Shown in pieces: positions 10,545 through 19,730 of a stretch of DNA of 52,219 bases. The DNA lies in NCBI GenBank assembly GCA_041987885.1, contig JBHIVS010000001.1, positions 1 through 52,219 of the forward strand, read 5' to 3'. This DNA is from Pseudobdellovibrionaceae bacterium (GTDB lineage: Bacteria; Bdellovibrionota; Bdellovibrionia; Bdellovibrionales; Bdellovibrionaceae). Both the position numbers and the translations under genes were made by a program. The notes under the pieces were generated by a model. That model worked only from the letters and a program-made list of their open reading frames with translations. It ran no database searches and was not told the origin of the DNA. Each line of letters opens with the position of its first letter. Positions within the stretch are counted from its first letter, which is position 1.

Positions 10545-10572
10545 AAGGAGGGGAGTTATCCCCTCTTTTTTT
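10545..10572. terminator. Terminator between convergent genes
   Basis: GAGGGGA-GTTA-TCCCCTC followed by a T-run. Confidence 0.7.
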
Positions 10573-10981
10573 ATGAATCAGGATATCTATCAAATTTTTT
10601 AATAGATTCTAAATTATTTTCCCAGTTGGCTTTGCTTAAGTAAAATAGGTGAGCTGTGGGTTTCAACGTGACCTCAGAATTTAAGCTTCCTGCGGGAACC
10701 ACAAGCAGCTTTCCATCCATTTGTAGGTTCGGCACAGAAGATCCACAGTTTTTACAAAAACTTTTAACGTGACGGGTTTGTGGAAGATGATAGGTCTGTA
10801 TAGATTCTTTCCCAGAGATCCAATGAAGATCGGCCTTTGTTGAAAATAAATTCGCCGCGTGGGCAGAGCCTGTGTCTTTCTGGCAGTGTTTGCAGTGACA
10901 GAAATAGAAACTTTCAAAGGGGCCTGTCGCTTCGTATTTAATTGTTTCACACAAGCAAGAACCTTGGTGAGTTTCTGTCAT
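10571..10981 (-). CDS. GFA family (CENP-V-like) Zn protein
   Basis: GSCLC, CHCKHCQK.TGS, FCKNCGS. Confidence 0.9.
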   Translation of the reverse strand: MTETHQGSCLCETIKYEATGPFESFYFCHCKHCQKDTGSAHAANLFSTKADLHWISGKESIQTYHLPQTRHVKSFCKNCGSSVPNLQMDGKLLVVPAGSLNSEVTLKPTAHLFYLSKANWENNLESIKKFDRYPDS

Positions 10982-11128
10982 GGAAGATCTCCTGTTGATT
11001 GATATGTGAATATTTTAAAGTCAGCCTATGGTGATGTAAACTAAACTTTAATAAGGTCATTGGATTATTTTTATGATATGGATTGGATGGGTTTTGCTTG
11101 GGCATAAGAACTTGTAGACAGAGGGCTG

Positions 11129-11626
11129 ATGGATTTTTCTGCTGATTTTGAAATTTTTAATGAAAAAATATTTAAAAATTGTGGCTTAGATTGTTCTTTG
11201 CCGGTTGTCGAAGACGAGAGTTCTGAGTATCAAGCTCATACCTTTAGCGTTAATAAAAAAAATGTCCGTTATAGATTAGCGAAAGTGACTCCTACTAAAG
11301 TTGGTCAATTTGTGACTCTTTGGAAGAGAATTGGAAATTCGGTTATTCAGCCGTTTGAGAGTACGGATGATTTGGATTTCTTTGTTGTGACTGTTAAGTT
11401 TCAAGGAAGGCTGGGGCAGTTTGTATTTCCTAAAGCCATCTTGCTTCAGCAAGATATATTGTCTGTTGACTCTAGGGGAGGAAAAAGAGGTATTCGTGTT
11501 TATCCAGCTTGGGATAAGGTGGAAAGTAAGCAAGCCTTAAAGACCCAAAAGTGGCAGCTAGAATATTTTTTTGAAATTTCTGAGAGTGTCAATCTTGAGA
11601 GAGTTAAAAGACTTTATTCCGTCTAA
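11129..11626 (+). CDS. mepB: MepB family protein
   Basis: AKVTPTKVGQFVTLWKR, GQFVFPK, GKRGIRVYPAW, TQKWQ. Confidence 0.85.
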   Translation: MDFSADFEIFNEKIFKNCGLDCSLPVVEDESSEYQAHTFSVNKKNVRYRLAKVTPTKVGQFVTLWKRIGNSVIQPFESTDDLDFFVVTVKFQGRLGQFVFPKAILLQQDILSVDSRGGKRGIRVYPAWDKVESKQALKTQKWQLEYFFEISESVNLERVKRLYSV

Positions 11627-11642
11627 TTTTTAGAAGTTTTAG

Positions 11643-11687
11643 ATAATCAAAAAGCCTTGTCTTTTTTGGACGAGGCTTTTTGATTAT
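11643..11687. terminator. Bidirectional terminator
   Basis: ATAATCAAAAAGCCTTGTC-N7-GACGAGGCTTTTTGATTAT between convergent genes. Confidence 0.8.
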
Positions 11688-11745
11688 AGGATTTTGTTCT
11701 GATATTTAGAAGAGATAAAATTTATATCAGCTGCGTTTAATTTTC

Positions 11746-12150
11746 TTATTGTTTTTTACAGCGAAGATTGTTTCCGAAGCCGTACTCAAGGCGTTTATCA
11801 ATTTTTTCATTTGATCTTGCATAGAGTTGCAAGGTTTGGATTTCATTGCTGTTTAAATCCAGAGTTCCACTGATTAAAATGTCAGATGCTGGGTTTGGCT
11901 CATATGCTAAAACTCTGCCTGTAGCTATGAAGTCGTTTCCTTCGCTAGCTGTGATTAGGATTGAGCCATGATGAATTTGATTTCTGCCATGGTGATGAAA
12001 TCTGAAAGCTATTTCTTGGTCAGGAGTTAATTTTTCAACGACAAGTTGAACTTCTCCCTTTGGGACCTCCGCAGCACAGATGTATGTTTCTGAGGCCATA
12101 GCTGATGTTGATAAAAGAATAGTCAAGAATCCAAATACAAACTTACGCAT
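11746..12150 (-). CDS. Secreted hypothetical protein
   Basis: Signal peptide, N- and C-terminal Cys, SD AGGAG. Confidence 0.7.
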   Translation of the reverse strand: MRKFVFGFLTILLSTSAMASETYICAAEVPKGEVQLVVEKLTPDQEIAFRFHHHGRNQIHHGSILITASEGNDFIATGRVLAYEPNPASDILISGTLDLNSNEIQTLQLYARSNEKIDKRLEYGFGNNLRCKKQ

Positions 12151-12276
12151 ATAAACTCCTGTTGAGTCTGTGAAGGGAGGGGTCGCTGAAATGCGTTCCC
12201 TCTGTTGGTGAAAACTATTTAGGCCTATTTAAATATTCTTGCAAATAATGAATAATAATTAGTATCATCACTTTTA

Positions 12277-13116
12277 ATGATGGATGTTAATCCCACCGAT
12301 TTACGGTATTTTTTTGAAGTAGCGCAAACTTTAAACATTTCTCGAGCAGCAGAGAGGTTAAATATTGGTCAACCAGCTGTGAGCCAGGCTCTTCAAAGAA
12401 TCGAGCGTATTCTAGGGGTTGCGTTATTTGATAGGTTTAAAACGGGTGTTCAGTTAACTCCTTCGGGTCAAAAGCTTTTGAATGAAGGGCGTGCGGCCTT
12501 AGAGGCGTGGGAAAATATGTATAGGGCTGCTCAATCCGCGGAATCTGCCATTGAGGGCCGTTATACCTTGGGTTGTCATACCGCAGTAGCCATGTATACT
12601 CTGTCTAGATTTTTAAAAGGCATGCTGGAAAGTCATCCAAAACTGGAAATAGTCTTAAAACATGGGCTTTCAAGAGAAGTCGCTGGAGACGTGATAAGTT
12701 TTAAAACTGATTTTGGGTTGGTGATGAATCCTGTTCGTCATCCTGATTTAGTCATTAAGTATGTCTGTGAAGATAGGGTTTCCTGTTGGAAAACGACGGA
12801 ATGTATTGAAGATACTCTGATATTTGATCCTGCGTTATCCCAATCACAGGTATTGTTAAAGAAAATCGAAAAGACTTTAAAGATTAAACGTCATTTGACG
12901 TCGGGGAGTTTAGAGGTTGTGGCGAACCTAGCTTCTAGTGGTTGTGGTATTGCTGTATTGCCGGCCAGAGTGGCGGCCTTGTATCCGAATTTAGTCGCAG
13001 TTAATAAAGATTTGCCTTCAGTTTTGGATAGATTGGCCTTGGTCTATCGCGCTGATCGTAGCTTTACAGCTTCGGCGAGAGTCATCGTTGATTCTATAGT
13101 AAAGGCAGGATTTTAA
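12277..13116 (+). CDS. LysR family transcriptional regulator
   Basis: LNISRAAERLNIGQPAVSQALQRIE..LG..LFDR....VQLTPSG HTH. Confidence 0.95.
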   Translation: MMDVNPTDLRYFFEVAQTLNISRAAERLNIGQPAVSQALQRIERILGVALFDRFKTGVQLTPSGQKLLNEGRAALEAWENMYRAAQSAESAIEGRYTLGCHTAVAMYTLSRFLKGMLESHPKLEIVLKHGLSREVAGDVISFKTDFGLVMNPVRHPDLVIKYVCEDRVSCWKTTECIEDTLIFDPALSQSQVLLKKIEKTLKIKRHLTSGSLEVVANLASSGCGIAVLPARVAALYPNLVAVNKDLPSVLDRLALVYRADRSFTASARVIVDSIVKAGF

Positions 13117-13208
13117 AAAAAATATGCGAAACACAAGCTGTTGACTCTAAAAGACAGGAATGTTTAATTTAAGGCTCCCTCATTGTTCTAAAGAACTTTT
13201 ATAGGTGC

Positions 13209-13291
13209 GCGCGGGTGGTGGAATTGGTAGACACGTACGTTTGAGGGGCGTATGCGCAAGCGTGAGGGTTCAAGTCCCTCCTCGCGCACCA
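13209..13291 (+). tRNA. tRNA-Leu(GAG)
   Basis: Acceptor GCGCGGG/CTCGCGC-ACCA, D-loop GGAATTGGTAGAC, anticodon arm TACGT-TTGAGGG-GCGTA, long variable arm, GGTTCAAGTCC T-arm. Confidence 0.97.
13276..13291 (+). repeat. attL core
   Basis: CCCTCCTCGCGCACCA, identical to 48016-48031. Confidence 0.92.
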
Positions 13292-13388
13292 ACCTAAAAA
13301 GACCCCTTCTAAAATATACATACAATAGAGCACCTAACCCCCTTGAAATCATTGGGTTTTCATATCTCTTTTCATTCCTGCTTATTCG

Positions 13389-13429
13389 TACCCATTCCTA
13401 CCCATTACTAGCCATTCCTAGCCATACTA
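13389..13429 (+). repeat. Four 10-bp-phased repeats, putative Xis/RDF sites
   Basis: TACCCATTCC TACCCATTAC TAGCCATTCC TAGCCATACT between att core and arm sites. Confidence 0.55.
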
Positions 13430-13430
13430 T

Positions 13431-13452
13431 CTTACAACTTTCTTACAACTTT
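13431..13452 (+). repeat. Integrase arm-type sites (left)
   Basis: CTTACAACTTT x2, identical 22-mer at 47935-47956. Confidence 0.8.
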
Positions 13453-13608
13453 AAAAAAGCGACTTTTCGAGCGTTTTTGACTTTTCAAAAAGTACTCAGA
13501 AATTCAAGTCCTACTTTTTCGACCATTATCACATCAAATTTAACCAAAATTATCGCATTGCAAAAACAATTAGCGAGGCATTTGCACGTTCATTTTTCGG
13601 GGGAAAAC

Positions 13609-13758
13609 ATGACAACAGAAGCACAAAAAAAGAAGCTCAAAGACGAGCTTAAAAATCTACAACTAGAACTCATCGCCGCTGCTTGTGATCAAGAAAAGCG
13701 CCGACTATCACGCATGATCAAGTCAAGAGCCGAGACTCTTGCGGTTTTGGGCGGGTAG
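13609..13758 (+). CDS. Small phage hypothetical protein (49 aa)
   Basis: MTTEAQKKKLKDELKNLQ..., GGGGG SD; 3' part of track ORF 13252..13758. Confidence 0.6.
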   Translation: MTTEAQKKKLKDELKNLQLELIAAACDQEKRRLSRMIKSRAETLAVLGG

Positions 13759-13759
13759 T

Positions 13760-14587
13760 ATGGCTAGGTTTTCTGGTGGGTGGATAAAGGTATATCGAGA
13801 GATTATTGGGACTGACATTTCTGAGCACCCAGTCAGGCTTGCTCTTTTTATTCACCTAATTGCAATGGCAAATATCGAAGAGACTTGGGTTGATTGGGGA
13901 GGCACGCCAAGGAAGTGCCCTAGGGGTTCTTTGGTCACATCATATAGGGAGCTTGCAAAGGTCGTAGGTGCAGACAGGCAAAGTGTGGAAAGACAGCTTA
14001 AATACCTAGCGTCAAGAGACACCCTCTTAGTAGAAAGCGAGACACGCGGAACATTTATAACTATTTGTAATTATTCTGAGTATCAAGACAAAAAGAAGAG
14101 TGACGAGACAGTTTCAATCCAAAGCTGTGACACTGACACAGCCACGGTCACAGCCACGGACAATACCTCTAATGAAGAATTAAAGAATATAAGAACTAAA
14201 GAAGTAAAGAATAATAATATTAGCTCGGTCGTGCAAAAAAGCACTTCCCTCGTTGATTCTCCAAAGAAAACTTTATCCATTCAGTCTTTTGAGGATTTTA
14301 ATTTTATCTTGTCCAAAAAACAAAAAAGCAATCTTGCCTTGCTTTATCCTGACTTTGAGTTCTTGCGAAGAGAATTTATCAAAATGGACTCATGGCTTTC
14401 CGCTAATCCAAAAAAGAATCGAAAAACAGCAAGAGGTTGGGATCAGTTTGTGGGGAATTGGCTTTCTTCCTCATGGCCTAAATATCAGGCATCAATTCCG
14501 TCAAACGGCGCGCAAACCGTCGCAAAAGCTGAAATTGAAAACAGGATAGCCAATTTATTTAATGGAGATAAGTCTAATGCGTCCTAA
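13760..14587 (+). CDS. Phage replication initiator (replisome organiser)
   Basis: GWIKVYR, RGSLVTSYRELA, TFITICNYSEYQ winged-helix signature; C-terminal DSWLSANPKK...F..NWL domain. Confidence 0.8.
   Translation: MARFSGGWIKVYREIIGTDISEHPVRLALFIHLIAMANIEETWVDWGGTPRKCPRGSLVTSYRELAKVVGADRQSVERQLKYLASRDTLLVESETRGTFITICNYSEYQDKKKSDETVSIQSCDTDTATVTATDNTSNEELKNIRTKEVKNNNISSVVQKSTSLVDSPKKTLSIQSFEDFNFILSKKQKSNLALLYPDFEFLRREFIKMDSWLSANPKKNRKTARGWDQFVGNWLSSSWPKYQASIPSNGAQTVAKAEIENRIANLFNGDKSNAS
14126..14222 (+). other. Putative phage replication origin within the initiator gene
   Basis: CACAGCCACGG direct repeats (14137-14147, 14149-14159) plus GACAC repeats followed by an A-rich tract; lambda-O-like placement. 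Confidence 0.4.
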
Positions 14588-15197
14588 AACCTTCGCCACT
14601 GGCATTTCTATGATAACCGATACCTTCGGGGAGGCCCCCATCAAAGGACCTCGCCTTGGCCGTATTAAAGACATTTGCGAAGGGAAGATTGATGATGATG
14701 GCTTTATCGAAATATGCGGGATTATTTGCGACAATTTTAGGCAATATCCTCTTCCTTCTGATTTTACTAAGGCTGTAAATGATTGGCGTCGAAATTATCA
14801 CTCTTCAAATGGCAGGTCTTATTCTGAATATACCTATGACTCTGAATCTACAGTCATAGAAGCAGAGATTCGTTGTGAAAAATGCAACGACATCGGTTAT
14901 GTGAGAATCAGACACAGGACTCAAGACTCCTTTGACTCACTAATGCTTTGCGGCTGCATAGATGGACCTGTAGGGACCGCTATACCTGAGTGGGATGCGC
15001 AACTAGTTGGGGTTTACAACAAAACACCAGTCCCTAACGAATGGTTTAAGCCGTCTGTAAGTGAAGACTCATCTGACATCGATATTAAAGATCAAATTTG
15101 GAGCAAGGTAGACGGATGGAGGAAGTGGAAACTCAAAGCCGAAAAGCATTGGAGACAGCTTCGAGATTTGGATATTGAGAAAAGGAAGGCACGCTAA
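14577..15197 (+). CDS. Putative helicase loader/replication accessory with Zn ribbon
   Basis: Follows initiator; RQYPLPSDF motif; CEKCNDIGY...CGC; no Walker A. Confidence 0.5.
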   Translation: MRPKTFATGISMITDTFGEAPIKGPRLGRIKDICEGKIDDDGFIEICGIICDNFRQYPLPSDFTKAVNDWRRNYHSSNGRSYSEYTYDSESTVIEAEIRCEKCNDIGYVRIRHRTQDSFDSLMLCGCIDGPVGTAIPEWDAQLVGVYNKTPVPNEWFKPSVSEDSSDIDIKDQIWSKVDGWRKWKLKAEKHWRQLRDLDIEKRKAR

Positions 15198-15298
15198 TGA
15201 CTAGACAAGATTTGGAATCTTTAGGTTTTTTTCTGTTTTTAATAATCGCGTCCTGCTTTGCTTTTTACATAAGTCTATCGACACCGCTAGGCTATTAG
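15197..15298 (+). CDS. 33-aa membrane peptide
   Basis: MTRQDLESLGFFLFLIIASCFAFYISLSTPLGY; TAATG coupling; below ORF track cutoff. Confidence 0.5.
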   Translation: MTRQDLESLGFFLFLIIASCFAFYISLSTPLGY

Positions 15299-15329
15299 TT
15301 TTCCACAAAGCAAACGCGACATATTCACA
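15299..15329 (+). promoter_or_regulatory. DnaA-box pair
   Basis: TTTTCCACA (matches TTWTNCACA) and ATATTCACA (1 mismatch). Confidence 0.5.
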
Positions 15330-15387
15330 TTGAAAATAAATTTAAAAAAAGATTTTAAAAAAGTTTTATAAAAGTTTCGGGGGGATT

Positions 15388-15621
15388 GTGAATCAGGAGT
15401 TGAAAGTAAAATTGATAGAGACTGTGACGATTGCTGATAACAACGCTTTGAAAACTCAGATCGCGAATCTGCGCGTTCAACTTGAGGACATGAAGCTCAA
15501 ATATGTTCAAGCTTTGCAGCGTGAAAACTCGCTTAGGAACGAAGTGCATGAGTTGAGGAAGAAAGAGTTTGACTCACTACTTGAGGGAAAGTTTTTAGTT
15601 CAAAACAAAACAATCGCTTAG
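15388..15621 (+). CDS. Phage coiled-coil hypothetical protein
   Basis: ORF with GGGGGG SD and GTG start. Confidence 0.6.
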   Translation: MNQELKVKLIETVTIADNNALKTQIANLRVQLEDMKLKYVQALQRENSLRNEVHELRKKEFDSLLEGKFLVQNKTIA

Positions 15622-15677
15622 AGAATCGTTTAAAAAACATGATGCATTAAGAATGTGAAAAGTATGAGAGGTAAAAA

Positions 15678-16022
15678 ATGATGTCACCATATAAAGAACT
15701 GTTTTCAGATTGGAAAAATGTTCAAAGTAATTTTGAAATGCAAGAACCAGAGCCTGATGAAGTATTTGCTGCCTTTTATGATTACGCAGACTATTCAGGC
15801 GCATCTTTTGTTGCTTACCGAAATGGAGATAGCTACTTCATTGTAGAGGCAAGTCATTGTTCTTGCTATGGACTTGAAGGATCTTGGAGCCCCGAGGAGT
15901 TTAAGAGTCGCGAAGTGTTCATTGAATACTTAAAAAAACGAGATCCATATGAAGAAAATTTAAAATCAATCGTAAATAATATTGTAGATAAATTAGAAGC
16001 TAAGGATGTAGAGAATGGCTAA
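15678..16022 (+). CDS. Phage hypothetical protein (HCSCYG motif)
   Basis: YDYADYSG...EASHCSCYGLEG; SD GAGGT. Confidence 0.7.
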   Translation: MMSPYKELFSDWKNVQSNFEMQEPEPDEVFAAFYDYADYSGASFVAYRNGDSYFIVEASHCSCYGLEGSWSPEEFKSREVFIEYLKKRDPYEENLKSIVNNIVDKLEAKDVENG

Positions 16023-16320
16023 ATGGCAAGTAGGCGACATCGTAATTATGACTGAAGATAATTCTGAAGGAGTTGTAACCGCCGTAGGAAAAACTAAGCT
16101 ATTAGTGAGCTATGGTGACTACACATACATTCAAGAAGCTGTATTCAGTGTCAATGACACTATCTTCATAAAACCAAAGCCAAAACAAATAACTATCAAC
16201 AAAGACCAATTCATACAGGCATGGGATGGTTTGGTTACATCTCTTCATAAAGGCGAGAAAGTAAATACGGCAAAGGAATCTGAATTTTTTAATATTCTAA
16301 CTAGAAGAATAGGGCTTTAA
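16015..16320 (+). CDS. Phage hypothetical protein (SH3/KOW-like N-terminus)
   Basis: KWQVGDIV..GVVTAVG; overlapping coupling. Confidence 0.6.
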   Translation: MAKWQVGDIVIMTEDNSEGVVTAVGKTKLLVSYGDYTYIQEAVFSVNDTIFIKPKPKQITINKDQFIQAWDGLVTSLHKGEKVNTAKESEFFNILTRRIGL

Positions 16321-16321
16321 A

Positions 16322-16660
16322 ATGAAACTAGCAGAAGCACTTTTACAAGATAAGCCGATTAAGAGAAAAGGCTTTAAAATGTGGTGCAAGCCAGAGATAG
16401 TTAAGAGTAATATTTCACCTTTTGCATCATTGCCGACTGTCTGTGATGAGGATAAATACACGCTCGATTATATAAACATGACTGCCGAGGACTGGGAAAT
16501 AAAACCAGAGCCGATGCGAGTAGAGTTTGAGTGTGTTTGGCGCAAGAACGCAGCGGGAACACTATATCCTGAAGCTATAGTTAGAGAAATTGGAATGTTC
16601 GATAAAATGGTTGATTCAGGTAAAAGTTTTAAAGTCACCTGTGAGGAGGTTGAGGGATGA
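16322..16660 (+). CDS. Phage hypothetical protein
   Basis: MKLAEAL..KPIKRKGF...AEDWEI pattern. Confidence 0.6.
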   Translation: MKLAEALLQDKPIKRKGFKMWCKPEIVKSNISPFASLPTVCDEDKYTLDYINMTAEDWEIKPEPMRVEFECVWRKNAAGTLYPEAIVREIGMFDKMVDSGKSFKVTCEEVEG

Positions 16661-17004
16661 AATTTCCAGAACAATATAGATCGCAACATCCATTAGGACT
16701 TCCACACAAAGAAGGGGACCCATTTGGGTGGTTCATGATTCCGTCCCCCATCAAAACAAATCAATGGATAGCTGTCCAAGCTGATGCTCAGACTGACTGG
16801 GAACATGTTTCAGCATCTATTAAGAATCGGTGCCCTACGTGGGAGGAAATGTGTCATTTGAAAAGTCTTTTTTGGGGCGATGATGAGTGTGTGGTGCAAT
16901 ATCATCCACCTAAAGCTGACTACGTTAATTTAGCAAAGACTTGTCTTCATTTGTGGAAATATAAGGGCGACATGCCAAGGCCACCAAAAGAATATGTGGG
17001 GTAG
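16657..17004 (+). CDS. Conserved phage protein (WEHVS...RCPTWEEMC family)
   Basis: WEHVSAS, RCPTWEEMC, FW.DDECVVQYHPPK.DYVN, CLHLW. Confidence 0.75.
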   Translation: MKFPEQYRSQHPLGLPHKEGDPFGWFMIPSPIKTNQWIAVQADAQTDWEHVSASIKNRCPTWEEMCHLKSLFWGDDECVVQYHPPKADYVNLAKTCLHLWKYKGDMPRPPKEYVG

Positions 17005-17006
17005 GC

Positions 17007-17372
17007 ATGACTAACGAAATGCAGAAGCGGATTGAAGTAAGAATGGAATCTGATGAAATTGAATTTAAGCATGGTGTATGGCCAGAGACTAAAGAAGGCG
17101 TGAAATTGCGAGATGCTGATTTTGCAGCTTTAGGTTTCAGGGGAGGCTTCCAAGCAGGCGCAAAATTCATTCTCGAACTTCCTGAGTTGAAAGAAGTATT
17201 TAAGGCTTTGGAGTTTTATAAATCATATTCAGACTGCTCGGAAGGATGTCGGACAAGATCAGACTCTTGGGTTTTGAAATGCACTTGTGGTTTTGTCGCT
17301 AAAGAAAAAGAACACAGACAAGCCATCTCCAAAATTAAATCATTGGGAATCGTGAAGGAAGGTGAAAAATGA
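17007..17372 (+). CDS. Phage hypothetical protein with Cys cluster
   Basis: ALEFY...C..GC...CTCG. Confidence 0.6.
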   Translation: MTNEMQKRIEVRMESDEIEFKHGVWPETKEGVKLRDADFAALGFRGGFQAGAKFILELPELKEVFKALEFYKSYSDCSEGCRTRSDSWVLKCTCGFVAKEKEHRQAISKIKSLGIVKEGEK

Positions 17373-17674
17373 AAGTTATCGTTGCAGGACCTGAAAAAGT
17401 AATTATCGAAATGACTACTGAAGAATTTGGGCTTTTAACAAGTGTTCGAGTAGGTGATTATTATGGGAATGGAGGTCTATCTCCTAATTCACTAGCTGGG
17501 ATGGAGTTTGATTTATCAAATGTTATGAAAGCTATTTTTGATTTGAAATGCGTTTATGAAGTTAAAGAGCGCATTAAAAGTGATCTTCTTCACGTCGCAA
17601 GTAAGATGGATAAATTAACATTTCCGTTAGTGTCTTTTAAAGATGTTAAAGCTGAGAAGGTGAGTGATGAGTAA
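17369..17674 (+). CDS. Phage hypothetical protein
   Basis: ATGA overlap, SD AAGGTG. Confidence 0.6.
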   Translation: MKVIVAGPEKVIIEMTTEEFGLLTSVRVGDYYGNGGLSPNSLAGMEFDLSNVMKAIFDLKCVYEVKERIKSDLLHVASKMDKLTFPLVSFKDVKAEKVSDE

Positions 17675-17924
17675 GTGGTTAAGAGTTAGATTTCTGTCAT
17701 CGAGTGTTGATGATTGTAGACCTATTTACAATGATGAAAACCCTGAAGGACCTTGGTGGTGTTCTGGATATTCAGAAAATAATGCTGTAATTGTAGCTTA
17801 TGTTAAAAGCGAAGATACTATCTTGAAGCAATGGCCTGAGGCCGAGAATATTGAAATAGAAACAATCGAAAAGCCTACATTTTCCGACAGGTTCCCAAAG
17901 CCTAAATGGTGGAAACATGAATAA
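17664..17924 (+). CDS. Conserved phage hypothetical protein
   Basis: DCRP...GPWWCSGY...VAYV...WPEA...FSDRFPKPKWW. Confidence 0.7.
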   Translation: MMSKWLRVRFLSSSVDDCRPIYNDENPEGPWWCSGYSENNAVIVAYVKSEDTILKQWPEAENIEIETIEKPTFSDRFPKPKWWKHE

Positions 17925-18288
17925 CACAATGGTGCCAAAAGAACTCTGTCCAAACTGTGGTCGTGTAGACTTCGGGATACTTAGAGACATGACCTCTCGC
18001 AGAGTGTGTAAGTGTAGTCATAGTTGGGCTGCACCTGAGAAAAAAGACACTGGTTATAAAAGGCTAAAGCGTGAATCGGAAGAATACTTTACCAAATGGG
18101 GTGAGTATATGAAGAGAGCCAATGCTGCTGAAGCTAAAGTTGAGGAGTTAACTAAGGAAATCGAAAGACTAAAACAATGCTGTAAAGACTTCGAGTTTGT
18201 ACTTGAAGGTTCCAAGGCTGTTAAGCAATCGGATGAAATGCTAGAGAATAGAGAAGACGCTTTAATGCGTGCTCTTAGTTGGAGGTAA
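17917..18288 (+). CDS. Zn-ribbon plus coiled-coil phage protein
   Basis: CPNCG...CKCSHSW; AEAKVEELTKEIERLK. Confidence 0.6.
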   Translation: MNNTMVPKELCPNCGRVDFGILRDMTSRRVCKCSHSWAAPEKKDTGYKRLKRESEEYFTKWGEYMKRANAAEAKVEELTKEIERLKQCCKDFEFVLEGSKAVKQSDEMLENREDALMRALSWR

Positions 18289-18660
18289 GTGATGAGTAAA
18301 GTTAAACACTACAGACTAGATATATATGAGAGTAATAAGTCAGGTGAGTTTGAGACTTATGCCGATATGAAAGAATCAGAGCCATCAAGATTTACTTATG
18401 TAAAGTCTACCGACTACGACGCTCTCAAAAAAGACCTAGAAATAGTCAGAGACTCTCATAGACGCCAAGGCCAGTTAAATGATGCTTTGACTGCTAAGCT
18501 TGAGAAGGCGGAGCTAGAGGTTAAGTTCGTAAAAGAATACCTAAACCCTGCTGACACTTCATTTAAGCAGATGATAGATGCGTTTAGGTCATTACCAAAG
18601 GAAAAACAAGATAAGCTAATAAACCTCTCACAATCACTTGCTGATTTCGAGAATACCTAA
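18289..18660 (+). CDS. Phage hypothetical protein
   Basis: YVKSTDYDALK motif then coiled coil; SD GGAGGT. Confidence 0.6.
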   Translation: MMSKVKHYRLDIYESNKSGEFETYADMKESEPSRFTYVKSTDYDALKKDLEIVRDSHRRQGQLNDALTAKLEKAELEVKFVKEYLNPADTSFKQMIDAFRSLPKEKQDKLINLSQSLADFENT

Positions 18661-18670
18661 AGGGGGAAGG

Positions 18671-18817
18671 GTGATCTACTACTCAGACATAACTAACGAA
18701 CTATACATTGTCACAGCTCACCGCAATTCCTTCATATATTATCATCCTACTTACGGTGGTGGCTTTATATCGAGACAACAATTGAGAAATAATTTTATAA
18801 AGATAGGTGAGTTATGA
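18671..18817 (+). CDS. 48-aa phage hypothetical protein
   Basis: GTG start after GGGGGAAGG; MIYYSDITNELYIV...FIKIGEL; ATGA overlap with next gene. Confidence 0.5.
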   Translation: MIYYSDITNELYIVTAHRNSFIYYHPTYGGGFISRQQLRNNFIKIGEL

Positions 18818-19080
18818 GTTTTAAATCTTACAGAGAAGAATCTAAAGGCAATTGGGGAATCTATCAAGAGGAAACACTAAATTTAGACCAAATCAACACA
18901 GGCGCAATTCTCCGTATTGCTGACGCTACTGAAAAGATGGCTTCTAATTATGTAAAAATGGAAAACGAGCTGTCTTATTACAAGAAACAAAGTTTGCAGA
19001 GGTATGACGAAATCGAAAAACTCCGCAGATCAAACGCTGCTCTTCGTGGGGTGATTAAGAGAATGAAGAAGGGTTTATGA
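18814..19080 (+). CDS. Conserved phage hypothetical protein
   Basis: YREESK.NW...QINTGAILRIADATEKMA.NY...RSNAALRGVI. Confidence 0.7.
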   Translation: MSFKSYREESKGNWGIYQEETLNLDQINTGAILRIADATEKMASNYVKMENELSYYKKQSLQRYDEIEKLRRSNAALRGVIKRMKKGL

Positions 19081-19256
19081 AGAGAGACTCAAGAAAGCTT
19101 TATTATCATCCCAAAAGAAAATACTTCATTACATTAACGCCTATTGGAGACTCAGTTGTGATTGAGGAGAGTGAAAATTGGTGTACAAGATTTTTAAAGA
19201 AAAACTATGTTATGCCCTCTAAGAGAGGTTTTAAACTTGTTGGAGAAATTAAATGA
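19077..19256 (+). CDS. 59-aa phage hypothetical protein
   Basis: MKRDSRKLYYHPKRK...FKLVGEIK; ATGA overlaps at both ends. Confidence 0.55.
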   Translation: MKRDSRKLYYHPKRKYFITLTPIGDSVVIEESENWCTRFLKKNYVMPSKRGFKLVGEIK

Positions 19257-19537
19257 ACCCACAAAATAAGGCGAGATGCTTCTTTATGCATACATATACT
19301 TTAGATCAAGCTTTAGATAGGTGTGATCTTGGAGATCATAAACCAGCATTGGTATGTCAGTATCCGCACAAGAGTGACATAGAAAATCTAACTGAAGTCA
19401 TCGAAAAATCAGCATACGAAAAAGCCGTGGAAGCGTTGAAAGAGATTTCAAGAAGAGCTGAGAGGCCTGAGACAAATAATCATTTATCAAGCGTGGCAAA
19501 AGAAACTCTTCGTGAGTTGGGGGTTGATAGTGAATAA
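19253..19537 (+). CDS. Phage hypothetical protein
   Basis: VIEKSAYEKAVEALKEI..AKETLRELG. Confidence 0.6.
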   Translation: MNPQNKARCFFMHTYTLDQALDRCDLGDHKPALVCQYPHKSDIENLTEVIEKSAYEKAVEALKEISRRAERPETNNHLSSVAKETLRELGVDSE

Positions 19538-19715
19538 TTTTAGAGTTTGGATTATAAATTTTCTCATCGGGGATTGCTCATACGTTAGGAATGTAGTTAT
19601 AGACGGGAAAATTTCTCTTAGAGAAAAACACTGTGTTTCAGGATGTGCCTTCGTTAATGATAGTTACGTCTACACATCACACGCTAGGTTTCCGAAAGCT
19701 GGGAGGGATGAATGA
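19512..19715 (+). CDS. Phage hypothetical protein
   Basis: Likely GTG start at 19530 overlapping previous gene. Confidence 0.45.
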   Translation: MSWGLIVNNFRVWIINFLIGDCSYVRNVVIDGKISLREKHCVSGCAFVNDSYVYTSHARFPKAGRDE

Positions 19716-19730
19716 GGCGTAAGATTCTAT

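Noticed and set aside
13252-13608. 5' part of the 168-aa ORF 13252..13758
   Set aside because: Overlaps tRNA-Leu and the att arm; only the part from ATG 13609 has an SD
18671-19256. Shared C-terminal IGEL/VGEI motif in two small ORFs as a sign of paralogy
   Set aside because: Explained by the overlapping SD (GGTGA/GGAGA) of the next gene
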